Source: Oceanispirochaeta sp. (GTDB lineage Bacteria > Spirochaetota > Spirochaetia > DSM-2461). Taken from it: 64,000 bases of DNA. This document shows positions 47,684-64,000 of this stretch, one piece after another. Both the position numbers and the translations under genes were made by a program. Position 1 is the first letter of the stretch; each line of letters starts with the position of its first letter. Below the pieces are notes generated by a model that did not search any database, was not told the origin of the DNA, and was given only the letters and a program-made list of their open reading frames with translations. The DNA lies in assembly GCA_963666275.2 (NCBI GenBank), contig CAXXOA010000003.1, forward strand, positions 317,806 through 381,805. The letters are read 5' to 3'.

Positions 47684-49780
47684 ATGGATCAGAAAACTTA
47701 CTCTGATATTGATGCCCGATGCGATGAGTCTCTCATTTCCTGTTATAAGGATATTCCCGGGGCCAGAAAAATGGCGGAAGAGAGCCTGGATCTTTCTGAA
47801 AATATCGAGTACGGAAAAGGGGTCATGAATGCCCGGATAATCCTCTGTTCAATGGAAATATTCAGCGGCAATATGGACCTGGCCCGGGAAAAAATCGGCC
47901 TCATAGAAGAAAACCTCGTTTCTCATGCCTCTCCTGATGAATGTCTGATGAGGCTGTTCTATATCAGGGGGCTCTATTTTCTGAAAGAAAGGAATCTGAA
48001 AGACGCTTTCGATGCCTTCTTCCGTTCGGGGCTTCTGGCATCCCGGCTGGGGCAGGAGCTCTATAAGGGACTCAGTGAAAACGGGAAGGGGAATATTAAA
48101 TACGAAGAGGAGGAGTATGATGATGCCTATGACTATTATACCTCCGCCTCGGAAATCCTCTCTTCCCTGAACCATTCCATACTCAATAGTGTTGTCTCCT
48201 TCAATCTGGGAGCTTCTCTTTTCGGAGCCGGTCATACCGAAAAATCTGAATCAATTCTGCGCAGGCTGCAGGAGCAGGTTTCGCAGGAGAACTGGTATCT
48301 GCTGGACTGTTCCATACTGGATCAGCTGGGGCAGATCATGCTGAAGCAGGAGAAGCTGGATGATGCCCTGATTTTCTTCAACCAGGGAGTTGAGAAAAGC
48401 CGGAATATCTATAATAAGGAAGTCATTTCTTCTCTTGTGTATGGAAAAGCCAGGATCCTTATCCTTCAGGGGGAAATCCTTCAGGCGGAAGATATTCTTC
48501 AGGAATTTGCTACGCAGAACAGCCGTCTGGAGCATAAGTCCCTTTACTATAAGCTCCGTGCGGAGATTCTGGAGTTAAAAGGACTTTATAGAGATTCCCT
48601 GAAATTCTACAAACTCTTTCTCCGGGAAAAAAAGAAATCCATAGGATACGATGTGTCCAGATCCATTCTCCAGCAGGAGAACCGGCAGCTCAAGGAAGTC
48701 GCTCATCAGCAGAGGCTTATCAGCACGATCGGGCAGGAACTGGTAGCCAATCTGGATATCGGGCTTATTCTGAATCTGATCTATGCCCAGATGAATGTTC
48801 TGATGCCTGTGAATATGCTTGTGGTTGCCCTGGTTGAGGGAGATTTCATCAATGTCAAATTTGCTCTGAGACACGGTCAAAGGTTCAATCCTGTAAAAAT
48901 ATCGATTCAGGAGCCCAACAGCCTCCTGGCCTGGGCTGTTCGGAACAGAAAAGAGGTCTTCGTCAGAAATTTTATGGAGGATGGAAGTCAGTACATAGAG
49001 TCTCCAATGGGGTTTAAGGAAGATCACGAAGATTACAAGATGCATTCAGTGCTCTGTATCCCTCTGTGGTATATCGATGAAGTTGTGGGGGGCATTTCTG
49101 TCCAGGCTGAACAGATGAATGCCTATACAAACAGGGATCTGGAGAACCTCAGAGCGCTGGGAGCCTATGCAGGAATCGCCATAAGGAATGCTCTTCAGAC
49201 AGAAAAGATCAACGAAATGAATGAGGTCCTGAAAAAGCAGTCCTCCGTTGACAGTCTGACTGGTCTTGTCAATCGGAGAGAGATGGCTATTCAGGCCAGG
49301 AATATATGGAGGGTCTGCCGGAGAAATCATTTCTGGATTTCCCTTGTCATGATAGATCTTGATCATTTCAAAATCATCAACGATACCCATGGTCATGCTG
49401 TGGGGGATGTGGTGCTCAAAAAAGTCGGCTCCCGGGTCAGGCATTTCTTTAAACGGGCTCTGGACAGTGCCTGCCGGTACGGCGGGGAGGAGCTTATGAT
49501 CATTACAGGGGAAATGAGTCCGTCACAGGCAGCCCAGCGGGTTGAGGAACTGCGGGAGGATCTGGCCAGTCTCTGGTTTGAAGGAAAAAACGGTCAGACC
49601 TTTCAGGTCGGTTTCAGCTGCGGGATTTACGGGGAAGTCCCTGTGCAGGATGTGAATATCCGCTTTGCCAGATTAACAAATCTTGTAGATTCCTATCTCT
49701 ATAAAGCAAAGGAAAACGGAAGAAACTGTACCTATCTATCTGATGATTTCAAGAAGCCGCCTGAAAAGTTCCGTTCCTGA
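47684..49780 (+). CDS. Diguanylate cyclase with TPR-like N-terminus and GAF domain
   Basis: DLDHFKIINDTHGH and RYGGEEL, GAF (SVLCIPL..GGISVQ), and helical repeats. Confidence 0.9.
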   Translation: MDQKTYSDIDARCDESLISCYKDIPGARKMAEESLDLSENIEYGKGVMNARIILCSMEIFSGNMDLAREKIGLIEENLVSHASPDECLMRLFYIRGLYFLKERNLKDAFDAFFRSGLLASRLGQELYKGLSENGKGNIKYEEEEYDDAYDYYTSASEILSSLNHSILNSVVSFNLGASLFGAGHTEKSESILRRLQEQVSQENWYLLDCSILDQLGQIMLKQEKLDDALIFFNQGVEKSRNIYNKEVISSLVYGKARILILQGEILQAEDILQEFATQNSRLEHKSLYYKLRAEILELKGLYRDSLKFYKLFLREKKKSIGYDVSRSILQQENRQLKEVAHQQRLISTIGQELVANLDIGLILNLIYAQMNVLMPVNMLVVALVEGDFINVKFALRHGQRFNPVKISIQEPNSLLAWAVRNRKEVFVRNFMEDGSQYIESPMGFKEDHEDYKMHSVLCIPLWYIDEVVGGISVQAEQMNAYTNRDLENLRALGAYAGIAIRNALQTEKINEMNEVLKKQSSVDSLTGLVNRREMAIQARNIWRVCRRNHFWISLVMIDLDHFKIINDTHGHAVGDVVLKKVGSRVRHFFKRALDSACRYGGEELMIITGEMSPSQAAQRVEELREDLASLWFEGKNGQTFQVGFSCGIYGEVPVQDVNIRFARLTNLVDSYLYKAKENGRNCTYLSDDFKKPPEKFRS

Positions 49781-50686
49781 CTCTGACAGGTCTTTCAGGT
49801 TCATCCGCTCACGCAGCGCCTCTTCGGTCTCGTTTCTTCCGTAGGGAATTCCCTCCAGAAAATCTGCATTTTCAGACTCACTCCGGATCAATCCGCTCTT
49901 TACAGTAATGAATGTGCTTCCATCGGACTCCTGAAATGCCGAACTGATATCCTGCCGGAATAGGGGTGTTTTGCCGAAAATCCAGTCTTCCGATGTGAGG
50001 ATCCTGTACTCATTCTGAACCTCTTCGGAGCAGGCGAGGCTTTTCAGGTCGATCAAAGAGAACTCCATGGCCCCTCTGAAGAGTTCCAGGCTCTTTTCTA
50101 TTGTCAGATCCGGCGCCACCCCGGATAGATTTATAACCCGGGACCGGACCGATTCGGTTCCTCTTGTATTTAGGAATTTTCTGGGGATTCCGGGTGTAAT
50201 GGATTTTTTCAGTGTGGCTAATTCTGAATTAATAAGCAGGGTGCCATGATGAAAAACCCTGTCTTTTTTCAGACGGAAAGCGCTGCCGCTGACCTTGTAG
50301 GTTTCTCTTTCAAAGTCGACAGTCAGATCATGACGCTGGTTGATCTTGAGGCTGAGACCTGCCGGCTCCAGAATACGGCTTATCTGTTTGAGATTTTCTG
50401 TTTTATCATAATCATCCTGGCCTGATAGAAATGAGAAGTTCAGATTACCCCGATCATGAAACACGGTTCCACCGCCGCTCTGCCTTCTGACAAGGTGGAT
50501 TCCTTCTAAAGAAGAGGGGGCTGTTTCCACCCAGGGATTCTGAAAACGTCCGATCACAACAGAAGGATCGTTGATATACAGCAGGAGGAGGGGATTGTTC
50601 AGGTCCAGAGTGTCCAGAAGGACACTTTCTATGGCTAGATTCAGATACGGGTCATGGAAGGGGGAAACAAGGAGCTGCTGCTTCAC
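49736..50686 (-). CDS. Lipoate-protein ligase A family
   Basis: NLAIE, GRFQNPW, RRQSGGGTVFHDRGNLNF, KVSGSA and HHGTLL motifs. GTG start. Confidence 0.92.
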   Translation of the reverse strand: MKQQLLVSPFHDPYLNLAIESVLLDTLDLNNPLLLLYINDPSVVIGRFQNPWVETAPSSLEGIHLVRRQSGGGTVFHDRGNLNFSFLSGQDDYDKTENLKQISRILEPAGLSLKINQRHDLTVDFERETYKVSGSAFRLKKDRVFHHGTLLINSELATLKKSITPGIPRKFLNTRGTESVRSRVINLSGVAPDLTIEKSLELFRGAMEFSLIDLKSLACSEEVQNEYRILTSEDWIFGKTPLFRQDISSAFQESDGSTFITVKSGLIRSESENADFLEGIPYGRNETEEALRERMNLKDLSESGTELFRRLLEIIR

Positions 50687-51438
50687 ACCTGCAGAACCTC
50701 TATGCCCGCTTCCTGTATTTCTGCCACAACAGCGGCTTTCATATCCCTGTCGGTGATGATCATGTCCACGCTGTCCAGAGGAAGGATCTTTACAAATCCC
50801 GCCTGATCGTACTTGGAAGAATCAGCCATAAGGATGGTTTTATCAGCCTGTCTTTCCATGTATTTAATGATTTCAGCAGACTCTTCTATATGGGTTGTCA
50901 TGCCGGTTTTGAGAGAAAAACCTCCTGTTCCGACAAAGGCATACTTCACATGGTACCGTTCCAGGTGGGTCAGAGAGACAGGTCCGACCAGTGATTCCGA
51001 CCCGGGTTTGAATTCCCCTCCCACCATGGTCAGGTGGATCGTGGGGTTCACACGGGCATAGGTCAATGCCAGGGTCGAGTTGGTCACTACATGAATATTG
51101 CGTTTACCCATCAGGTATTTCATCAGCAGGGACGTGGTCGTACCATCGTCAATCATTATGGCATCGCCCTCTTTGACCATTTCGGCTGCTGCTCTGGCAA
51201 TCCGGTTCTTCTCTTCGGTATGTTTTTTCTGGCTGACCAGGATATCCGGGTGGAATGCAGGCAGAGCACCGCCTCTTGTTCTCAGTATAAAACCCTTTTC
51301 CTCCATACTGGACAGATCGCTTCGGATCGTCACAGCCGAGACTTCCAGAGCTTCGCTGATTTTTGTTACAGATAAATTGTAATCTTCTATCAGCATATTG
51401 AGTATCTTGTTTTCTCTTTCTGAAAGAAACGGGTTCAT
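50683..51438 (-). CDS. DeoR/GlpR family transcriptional regulator
   Basis: VSAVTIRSDL..RTRGGA HTH, DDGTT, VTNS and ADSSK motifs. Confidence 0.94.
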   Translation of the reverse strand: MNPFLSERENKILNMLIEDYNLSVTKISEALEVSAVTIRSDLSSMEEKGFILRTRGGALPAFHPDILVSQKKHTEEKNRIARAAAEMVKEGDAIMIDDGTTTSLLMKYLMGKRNIHVVTNSTLALTYARVNPTIHLTMVGGEFKPGSESLVGPVSLTHLERYHVKYAFVGTGGFSLKTGMTTHIEESAEIIKYMERQADKTILMADSSKYDQAGFVKILPLDSVDMIITDRDMKAAVVAEIQEAGIEVLQV

Positions 51439-51629
51439 CCTTTACCTCCGGCCTTGCCATTTTCTCAGAAAACACGTATTTTTCTGCAGGAAAGCCACTT
51501 ATTTGCTCTCCATTTTACTGTATTTTTTCAATAAGTCAATCAATCCCTTTCAATTTGCTTACTCTTTACCTTCGAATATTTTAATCGATATAAATTGATT
51601 CATTTAAATTTGTAGTGTATTCTAGTACA

Positions 51630-52076
51630 ATGACTTTTGAGTATCAGGTCTCAGGTGAAGATTATTCTCTGGCCGGACGGGCTTCGAGCAGTATCAAGAA
51701 GAAGCTGAAACAGCTCGGGCTTCCCTCCTGTCTTATAAAACGTACGGCCATCTCCATGTACGAAGCTGAAATCAATATGGTGATTCATGCGGACGGGGGA
51801 AATATCCTGGTTGAAATCGGAGCGGATTCGATTAAAATAGTACTCTCCGATCAGGGGCCGGGAATACCGGACCTGGAACAGGCAATGCAGGAAGGTTTTT
51901 CCACCGCTTCGGAGGAAGCCCGGGAGCTTGGCTTCGGTGCCGGTATGGGCCTGATGAATATACAAAGGAATTCGGATCTCCTGCAGGTGGATACAGAAGT
52001 CGACAGGGGAACAACGGTTACTATCGTTTTGAATATGGAAAGAGATGAGGACGAAGAATGTACTTCCATTCTGTAA
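51630..52076 (+). CDS. Anti-sigma regulatory factor / Ser-Thr kinase (RsbT-like HATPase)
   Basis: EAEINMVIHA, DQGPGIPD and GFGAGMGL motifs. Promoter TTGATT-17-TATTCT lies 6 nt before ATG 51630. Confidence 0.88.
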   Translation: MTFEYQVSGEDYSLAGRASSSIKKKLKQLGLPSCLIKRTAISMYEAEINMVIHADGGNILVEIGADSIKIVLSDQGPGIPDLEQAMQEGFSTASEEARELGFGAGMGLMNIQRNSDLLQVDTEVDRGTTVTIVLNMERDEDEECTSIL

Positions 52077-53347
52077 CTCTTGATGAAGAGAGCTGCAAAG
52101 GCTGCACTGTCTGTATAAAAGGATGTCCCACTGAAGCGATCAGAGTTCAGAAAGGCCGGGCCTTTATAATACCCGAACGGTGTATCGATTGCGGCGAATG
52201 TATAAGAACCTGTCCTCATGAAGCCAAAAAGGCAATTTCCGATCCTCTGAGCCAGCTGGAGGACTTCGACTATACCGTTGCGATACCCGCACCGACTCTC
52301 TATGGACAGTTCAAAGATTCCGTCTCCTGTAACAGGATCCTTACGGGGCTGAAGAACCTGGGGTTCGACGAGGTTTATGAGGTTGCCGCGGCCGCGGAAA
52401 TTATCACTGACCTGACGCAGAAGTATCTGGAAAAGAAAAAACCGGGTATTCCCATGATCTCATCGTCCTGTCCCGTGGTTGTCCGGTTGATCCAGTCCCG
52501 GTTTCCCTCTCTGACTGATCAGATTATCCCGCTTATCTCTCCCATGGAGCTGAGTGCCCGGATTGTCAGAGAAAAGAGGAAAGGTTTTGAGGGGCGGACA
52601 GGGGTCTTTTTTATTTCCCCCTGTGCGGCGAAAGTCACGGCTGTTAAAAGCCCCAGAGGTTTTCATGAGTCTTCTGTGGACGGCGTGCTTTCCATACGAG
52701 AAATCTACAAACCCCTGAAGCAGGCTGTGGCTGAAGTGAAAGAGGAGGAAGCGCTTAGTCAGGCCTCTTTCGTCGGAATAAGCTGGGCCAGGACTGATGG
52801 CGAGGGATCGGCGGTGTATGCGGAGAATCATATCTCCGTAGATGGTATCAATCATGTGATTGATGTGCTGGAAAATATTGAAAACGGTCATATTCAGGAT
52901 GTGGATTTTGTGGAAATGATGTGCTGTCCGGGAGGATGTGTCGGGGGGCCTATGACGGTTGAAAACCCCTACATAGCCAAAACCCGGATTTATAATAGAG
53001 AAAGAACAAATCAGAAAGTCGCGGCTCAGCCTCTGTCTCCGGAGCTTCCCGGAGGAATTCAGACACTCTGGGAAGAGGAGCTTGAAAACCGTTCCATTTT
53101 TCAGCTGGATCAGGACTACAGAAAAGCTATACAGATGATGGAGGAGATGGAGTCTCTGCAGCAGGGACTTCCGGGGCTTGACTGCGGTTCCTGCGGAGCT
53201 CCTTCCTGCCGGGCTCTTGCGGAGGATATTGTCCGGGGGAAGGCTTCTGAAACCGACTGTGTTTTTAAGCTGAGAGAAAAGATCCGGGAGCTCACCAGGG
53301 AGATGATTGACCTGGAAAGCCGGATGCCTCCTGGCCTGGACCGCTGA
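52058..53347 (+). CDS. [FeFe]-hydrogenase large-subunit-like protein (sensory/ancestral type) with 2x[4Fe-4S] and a C-terminal FeS domain
   Basis: Two ferredoxin motifs (CKGCTVC..CP, CIDCGEC..CP), H-cluster-like SSSCP, SPCAAK and EMMCCPGGCVGG, and C-terminal LPGLDCGSCGAPSC. Confidence 0.88.
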   Translation: MYFHSVTLDEESCKGCTVCIKGCPTEAIRVQKGRAFIIPERCIDCGECIRTCPHEAKKAISDPLSQLEDFDYTVAIPAPTLYGQFKDSVSCNRILTGLKNLGFDEVYEVAAAAEIITDLTQKYLEKKKPGIPMISSSCPVVVRLIQSRFPSLTDQIIPLISPMELSARIVREKRKGFEGRTGVFFISPCAAKVTAVKSPRGFHESSVDGVLSIREIYKPLKQAVAEVKEEEALSQASFVGISWARTDGEGSAVYAENHISVDGINHVIDVLENIENGHIQDVDFVEMMCCPGGCVGGPMTVENPYIAKTRIYNRERTNQKVAAQPLSPELPGGIQTLWEEELENRSIFQLDQDYRKAIQMMEEMESLQQGLPGLDCGSCGAPSCRALAEDIVRGKASETDCVFKLREKIRELTREMIDLESRMPPGLDR

Positions 53348-53349
53348 CA

Positions 53350-53634
53350 ATGCTTACAGTTATATCTCTTATGGTGCTGGGAATGGGGCTGGGTTACCTT
53401 ATAAGAAACAAAGCCGCTCTTCTCAAAAAACTGGATCGCTGGATAACCTATACCATTTATGTTCTCCTTTTTGTATTGGGCCTGACCGTGGGGAAGAACG
53501 ACATCATCCTTAAGAACATTCATCTCATAGGCGTAAAAGCCTTCATTATAACTTTATCCGCCGTGGCGGGGAGTGTTTTTGTCTGCTGGTTTGTTTTCCT
53601 GTTTTTCTTTCGTTCCCGAAAGGAGAAAATATGA
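53350..53634 (+). CDS. LysO/DUF340 family transporter, small subunit
   Basis: Three TMs with LLFVLGLTVG. Confidence 0.78.
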   Translation: MLTVISLMVLGMGLGYLIRNKAALLKKLDRWITYTIYVLLFVLGLTVGKNDIILKNIHLIGVKAFIITLSAVAGSVFVCWFVFLFFFRSRKEKI

Positions 53635-54233
53635 AAAACAGTCTTATTATTCTCTGCTTTTTTGCTGCGGGTATTCTCCTGGGGATATTCGACATCCTTC
53701 CCGACTTACCGGAGAAGCATGATATAAGTATGTATGTCCTCTACTTTCTGATGTTTCTGGTGGGAATCAGCATTGGGGGGGATTCTCATGCCTGGGATGT
53801 TCTGCGGAAAGCCAATGTGAAGATTTTTCTGGTACCGGGGGGCATTATTGCCGGATCTCTCGGAGGAGCACTGATTGCGGCTCTTATCCTTAAAGGGATG
53901 GCTGTCAAAGATGTTCTTGCGGTGAGCGCCGGATTCGGTTACTACAGCCTTTCCAGCCTGTACATATCCAGTATCAGGGGCGAGATGCTGGGGACAATCG
54001 CTTTACTCTCTAATATTATGAGAGAGATCTTTACGCTTCTGATGACACCCCTTCTTGTGAAGTTCACAGGTCCTCTGTCTCCTATTGCGTCCGGCGGGGC
54101 TACCAGCATGGATACGACTCTTCCTATTATAACCATGTATTCAGGTAGGGATTTTGCCGTTATCTCTCTGTTCAGCGGTATTGTCCTGACAGTCCTTGTT
54201 CCCTTCCTTGTGCCGCTGATTCTCAGCTTCTGA
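53631..54233 (+). CDS. LysO/DUF340 family lysine exporter, large subunit
   Basis: GFGYYSLS, NIMRE and GGATSMDTTLP motifs. Confidence 0.9.
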   Translation: MKNSLIILCFFAAGILLGIFDILPDLPEKHDISMYVLYFLMFLVGISIGGDSHAWDVLRKANVKIFLVPGGIIAGSLGGALIAALILKGMAVKDVLAVSAGFGYYSLSSLYISSIRGEMLGTIALLSNIMREIFTLLMTPLLVKFTGPLSPIASGGATSMDTTLPIITMYSGRDFAVISLFSGIVLTVLVPFLVPLILSF

Positions 54234-54298
54234 ACCCCTACTGTTAATTCCGGGTGTATTGTTCTATAATTTAGCTTCTATCCAAGGGGAGTATCGGT

Positions 54299-54673
54299 AT
54301 GGAAAGAAAACGCTATTTAAATGCCCTGGTATTTTCAATAGTCACATCAGCGGCGACTTTTCTTATTCTTGTTTTTTTCGATCAGGTCCTCCTGAAGGGG
54401 ATTGATCTGGGGATTTTTCTTTCTCTGGCAATCTCTCTGCTTGCGGGAATCCTTCTGTTTCCCTTTTTTCTCTGGATGAGATCAAGGATCATGGAGGAGC
54501 CCATTCCGGCAACCCGTCTGAGTGATCTTGAATTGAATGACAGAGATATCAGAGAAGCGGTTGATCAATGGGTTTATGTGCATTACAAAAAAAGAGCCGA
54601 AGGTGTGATGGAGTTTTCTCTTGATGACAAGGGTTCTTTAGCCTGTACAGTCACAGTCAGGGACGAGTCTTAG
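54299..54673 (+). CDS. Hypothetical membrane protein
   Basis: Two N-terminal TMs. RBS GGGGAG, with TATAAT upstream. Confidence 0.75.
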   Translation: MERKRYLNALVFSIVTSAATFLILVFFDQVLLKGIDLGIFLSLAISLLAGILLFPFFLWMRSRIMEEPIPATRLSDLELNDRDIREAVDQWVYVHYKKRAEGVMEFSLDDKGSLACTVTVRDES

Positions 54674-54797
54674 GGTGTTGAACGGTTTATTTGAGAAATA
54701 ATTTATTCAGATATCAAGTATTTTGATAGCCTGTCGATAATTACAAAGTTCCCGCTGATGTTGATCGAAAATAATTGAAAAAAAATCAGCAAATGGG

Positions 54798-54931
54798 TTT
54801 ACAAGAAAATCAATTTTCAATATTATCACCCTCACGCCCTGAGATGCAGGGGTGAGCAAATAACGGTTTTGAAAAGATTTAAAATAATTTTTACTAACCG
54901 GTTGATTAAAAATAGCAAAATCTGCTATAAC
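54798..54931 (+). promoter_or_regulatory. Tandem sigma-70 P1/P2 promoters of the first rRNA operon
   Basis: P1 TTTACA(54798)-17-TATTAT and P2 TTGATT(54902)-18-TATAAC with extended TG. AT-rich UP-like tracts upstream and boxA-like GTTCTTTGAAA downstream. Confidence 0.7.
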
Positions 54932-54941
54932 TTGTATCACA

Positions 54942-54958
54942 TTGGCACGGAAGTTGCT
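54942..54958 (+). promoter_or_regulatory. Sigma-54 (-24/-12) consensus in the rRNA leader
   Basis: TTGGCACGGAAGTTGCT matches YTGGCACG-N4-TTGCW with GG-N10-GC spacing. Confidence 0.65.
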
Positions 54959-55313
54959 AATGGTTCTTTGAAAGAGTAAATAGAGAAGGGAAATTGAAGT
55001 ATTTGACGAAAGTCAAGTCCATTGCGAATCACAGGCACTTGTGCCGGGGATCGCAATGATTGGTAGTATGTTCGGATCGCTGATCTTTTTAGATTGACGG
55101 TCCGCCCACTATGGTTCGGTTAAGGTTTATCTGAAGCCGTGACCATTAAGATTCCGTTCCTCGGCACTAGTGCCTGTGGTACGGAATATCGTTAGTTTTC
55201 TTTTAGAGATAAAGGGAATCTGACTCACTTTGAAACGGATCAGGATGATTACATTCGACAGTATCTGTTTTGAAGCTTTGATACGAACTTATCCACTTCG
55301 GTGGATAAATTAT

Positions 55314-56855
<1,542 letters not shown>

Positions 56856-57113
56856 AGCGTGAAAGGTATAAAGACCTTGAGTTTGTACACTTAAAGGCAG
56901 TGAGTCACTGAGTAATCGGTGCACTACTGATCATATATGGCTTGGCTTTCGTCAACTACTTCTAATTTCCCTATGGATCATCCTGCAGGTATTTATGCCG
57001 GTGAGGAATCCGACTCTTTTTATATAAAATCCGTCTTTGGACGGTCGTTTTATCCGGTTTGACTGGATGGAATGCTTTTAAATAGGTAATAGCGAAGGGA
57101 TAAATAATAATAT

Positions 57114-60045
<2,932 letters not shown>

Positions 60046-60219
60046 ATATTATTATTTATCCCTTGGTTGCAGAGGCGAGCAGTAAATCTCTGATTTACGA
60101 CCAGCCTTTGAGATATAATTTTTATTCTGCTTTGAATTGCAGAAATAAATTATATCGTGTTATTTATAGAAATTAGCAGTTAACGCTGTTGATTATATAT
60201 AGTGTGCTTCTGCACACAA

Positions 60220-60327
60220 TCTGGTGGCTATTGCGTTGAGGTTATACCCGTTCCCATCCCGAACACGGAAGTCAAGCTCAACTGCGCCGATGGTACTGCT
60301 ACGGTGGGAGAGTAGGTCGTCGCCAGT
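60220..60327 (+). rRNA. rrf: 5S rRNA (operon 1)
   Basis: CTGGTGGC...CCCATCCCGAACACGGAAGTCAAG...GGGAGAGTAGGTCGTCGCCAG. Confidence 0.97.
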
Positions 60328-60332
60328 TCAAT

Positions 60333-60364
60333 CGCCCCCTGTCTTCGGACAGGGGGCGTCTTTA
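60333..60364 (+). terminator. rRNA operon 1 terminator
   Basis: CGCCCCCTGTC-TTCG-GACAGGGGGCG followed by TCTTT. Confidence 0.85.
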
Positions 60365-60554
60365 AGAAAAATCAGAATATCAGAATAATTCGCATTAGAT
60401 TTGATACGGCTTTTGATGTGTTTCATGTTATTTGCTATATCAGGATCCCGATGCTGTTACTCAGAAAGCCCGTCTGTAAAATAACCGGGAAAACCGGTTT
60501 GTTCAGGCAGAATGGACTGTTTCTGTAATATTGCGAAAAAAATCCTGAAAAGGG

Positions 60555-60701
60555 TTTACAAAGGAAGTCATATTCAATATGATCATCCTCGCGCCTCAAG
60601 AAATTGATGCGCAAATGGAAATGATAAATAACTGCCTTGAAAAGATTTAAAATATTTTTTTTGAAAAGCGGTTGACAAGAAATAGTAGTAACTGCTATAA
60701 C
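60555..60701 (+). promoter_or_regulatory. Tandem sigma-70 P1/P2 promoters of the second rRNA operon
   Basis: P1 TTTACA(60555)-17-TATGAT and P2 TTGACA(60672)-18-TATAAC. Confidence 0.75.
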
Positions 60702-60711
60702 TTGTATCACA

Positions 60712-60728
60712 TTGGCACGGAAGTTGCT
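60712..60728 (+). promoter_or_regulatory. Sigma-54 (-24/-12) consensus in the second rRNA leader
   Basis: TTGGCACGGAAGTTGCT, identical to 54942-54958. Confidence 0.65.
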
Positions 60729-61083
60729 AATGGTTCTTTGAAAGAGTAAATAGAGAAGGGAAATTGAAGTATTTGACGAAAGTCAAGTCCATTGCGAATC
60801 ACAGGCACTTGTGCCGGGGATCGCAATGATTGGTAGTATGTTCGGATCGCTGATCTTTTTAGATTGACGGTCCGCCCACTATGGTTCGGTTAAGGTTTAT
60901 CTGAAGCCGTGACCATTAAGATTCCGTTCCTCGGCACTAGTGCCTGTGGTACGGAATATCGTTAGTTTTCTTTTAGAGATAAAGGGAATCTGACTCACTT
61001 TGAAGCGGATCAGGATGATTACATTCGACAGTATCTGTTTTGAAGCTTTGATACGAACTTATCCACTTCGGTGGATAAATTAT

Positions 61084-62625
<1,542 letters not shown>

Positions 62626-62883
62626 AGCGTGAAAGGTATAAAGACCTTGAGTTTGTACACTTAAAGGCAGTGAGTCACTGAGCAATCGGTGCACTACTGA
62701 TCATATATGGCTTGGCTTTCGTCAACTACTTCAAATTTCCCTATGGATCATCCTGCAGGTATTTATGCCGGTGAGGAATCCGACTCTTTTTATATAAAAT
62801 CCGTCTTTGGACGGTCGTTTTATCCGGTTTGACTGGATGGAATGCTTTTAAATAGGTAATAGCGAAGGGATAAATAATAATAT

Positions 62884-64000
<1,117 letters not shown>

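Noticed and set aside
49736..49780. Convergent 3' overlaps (GGDEF/lipoate ligase 45 bp; MOSC/LacI 20 bp)
   Set aside because: Short tail-to-tail overlaps are common in compact genomes, and there is no sign of function.
9199..51629. Extended N-termini in the ORF track (9199, 15511, 19546, 19580, 25399, 29831, 30955, 42099, 51615)
   Set aside because: They run through promoters or neighbouring genes. Downstream starts fit the RBS, -10 spacing or signal peptide better.

Overview
This is an ordinary-looking chromosomal window from an anaerobic spirochaete (16S signature GGCAGCAGCTAAGAATCTTCCGC; Spirochaetaceae-like by inference). It has about 50 CDS covering transport (amino-acid ABC, mglBAC, ECF, AEC, LysE/LysO), sugar and malate metabolism (fucI, epimerase, malic enzyme), c-di-GMP signalling and an [FeFe]-hydrogenase-like sensor pair. 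It ends in two head-to-tail rRNA operons 5770 bp apart. No CRISPR array, tRNA, integrase or transposase was seen. The most interesting item is at 19-5074 on the minus strand. A Moco/Tuco-type riboswitch lacking stem P3 overlaps the RBS of an operon encoding three proteins: a sugar-type solute-binding protein with an extra N-terminal domain, a lipoprotein built of three Cys-less molybdopterin-oxidoreductase-like repeats, and a fused MalF/MalG-type permease. Together these form a candidate Mo/W-cofactor uptake system. Also notable are a perfect sigma-54 (-24/-12) consensus in both rRNA leaders, many apparently leaderless genes, a WYL regulator coupled to a B12-type radical SAM gene, and a barrel/transglutaminase-like/TPR protein paired with an AT-rich Ig-like lipoprotein. 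All family assignments come from motif recognition by eye. No database searches were run.
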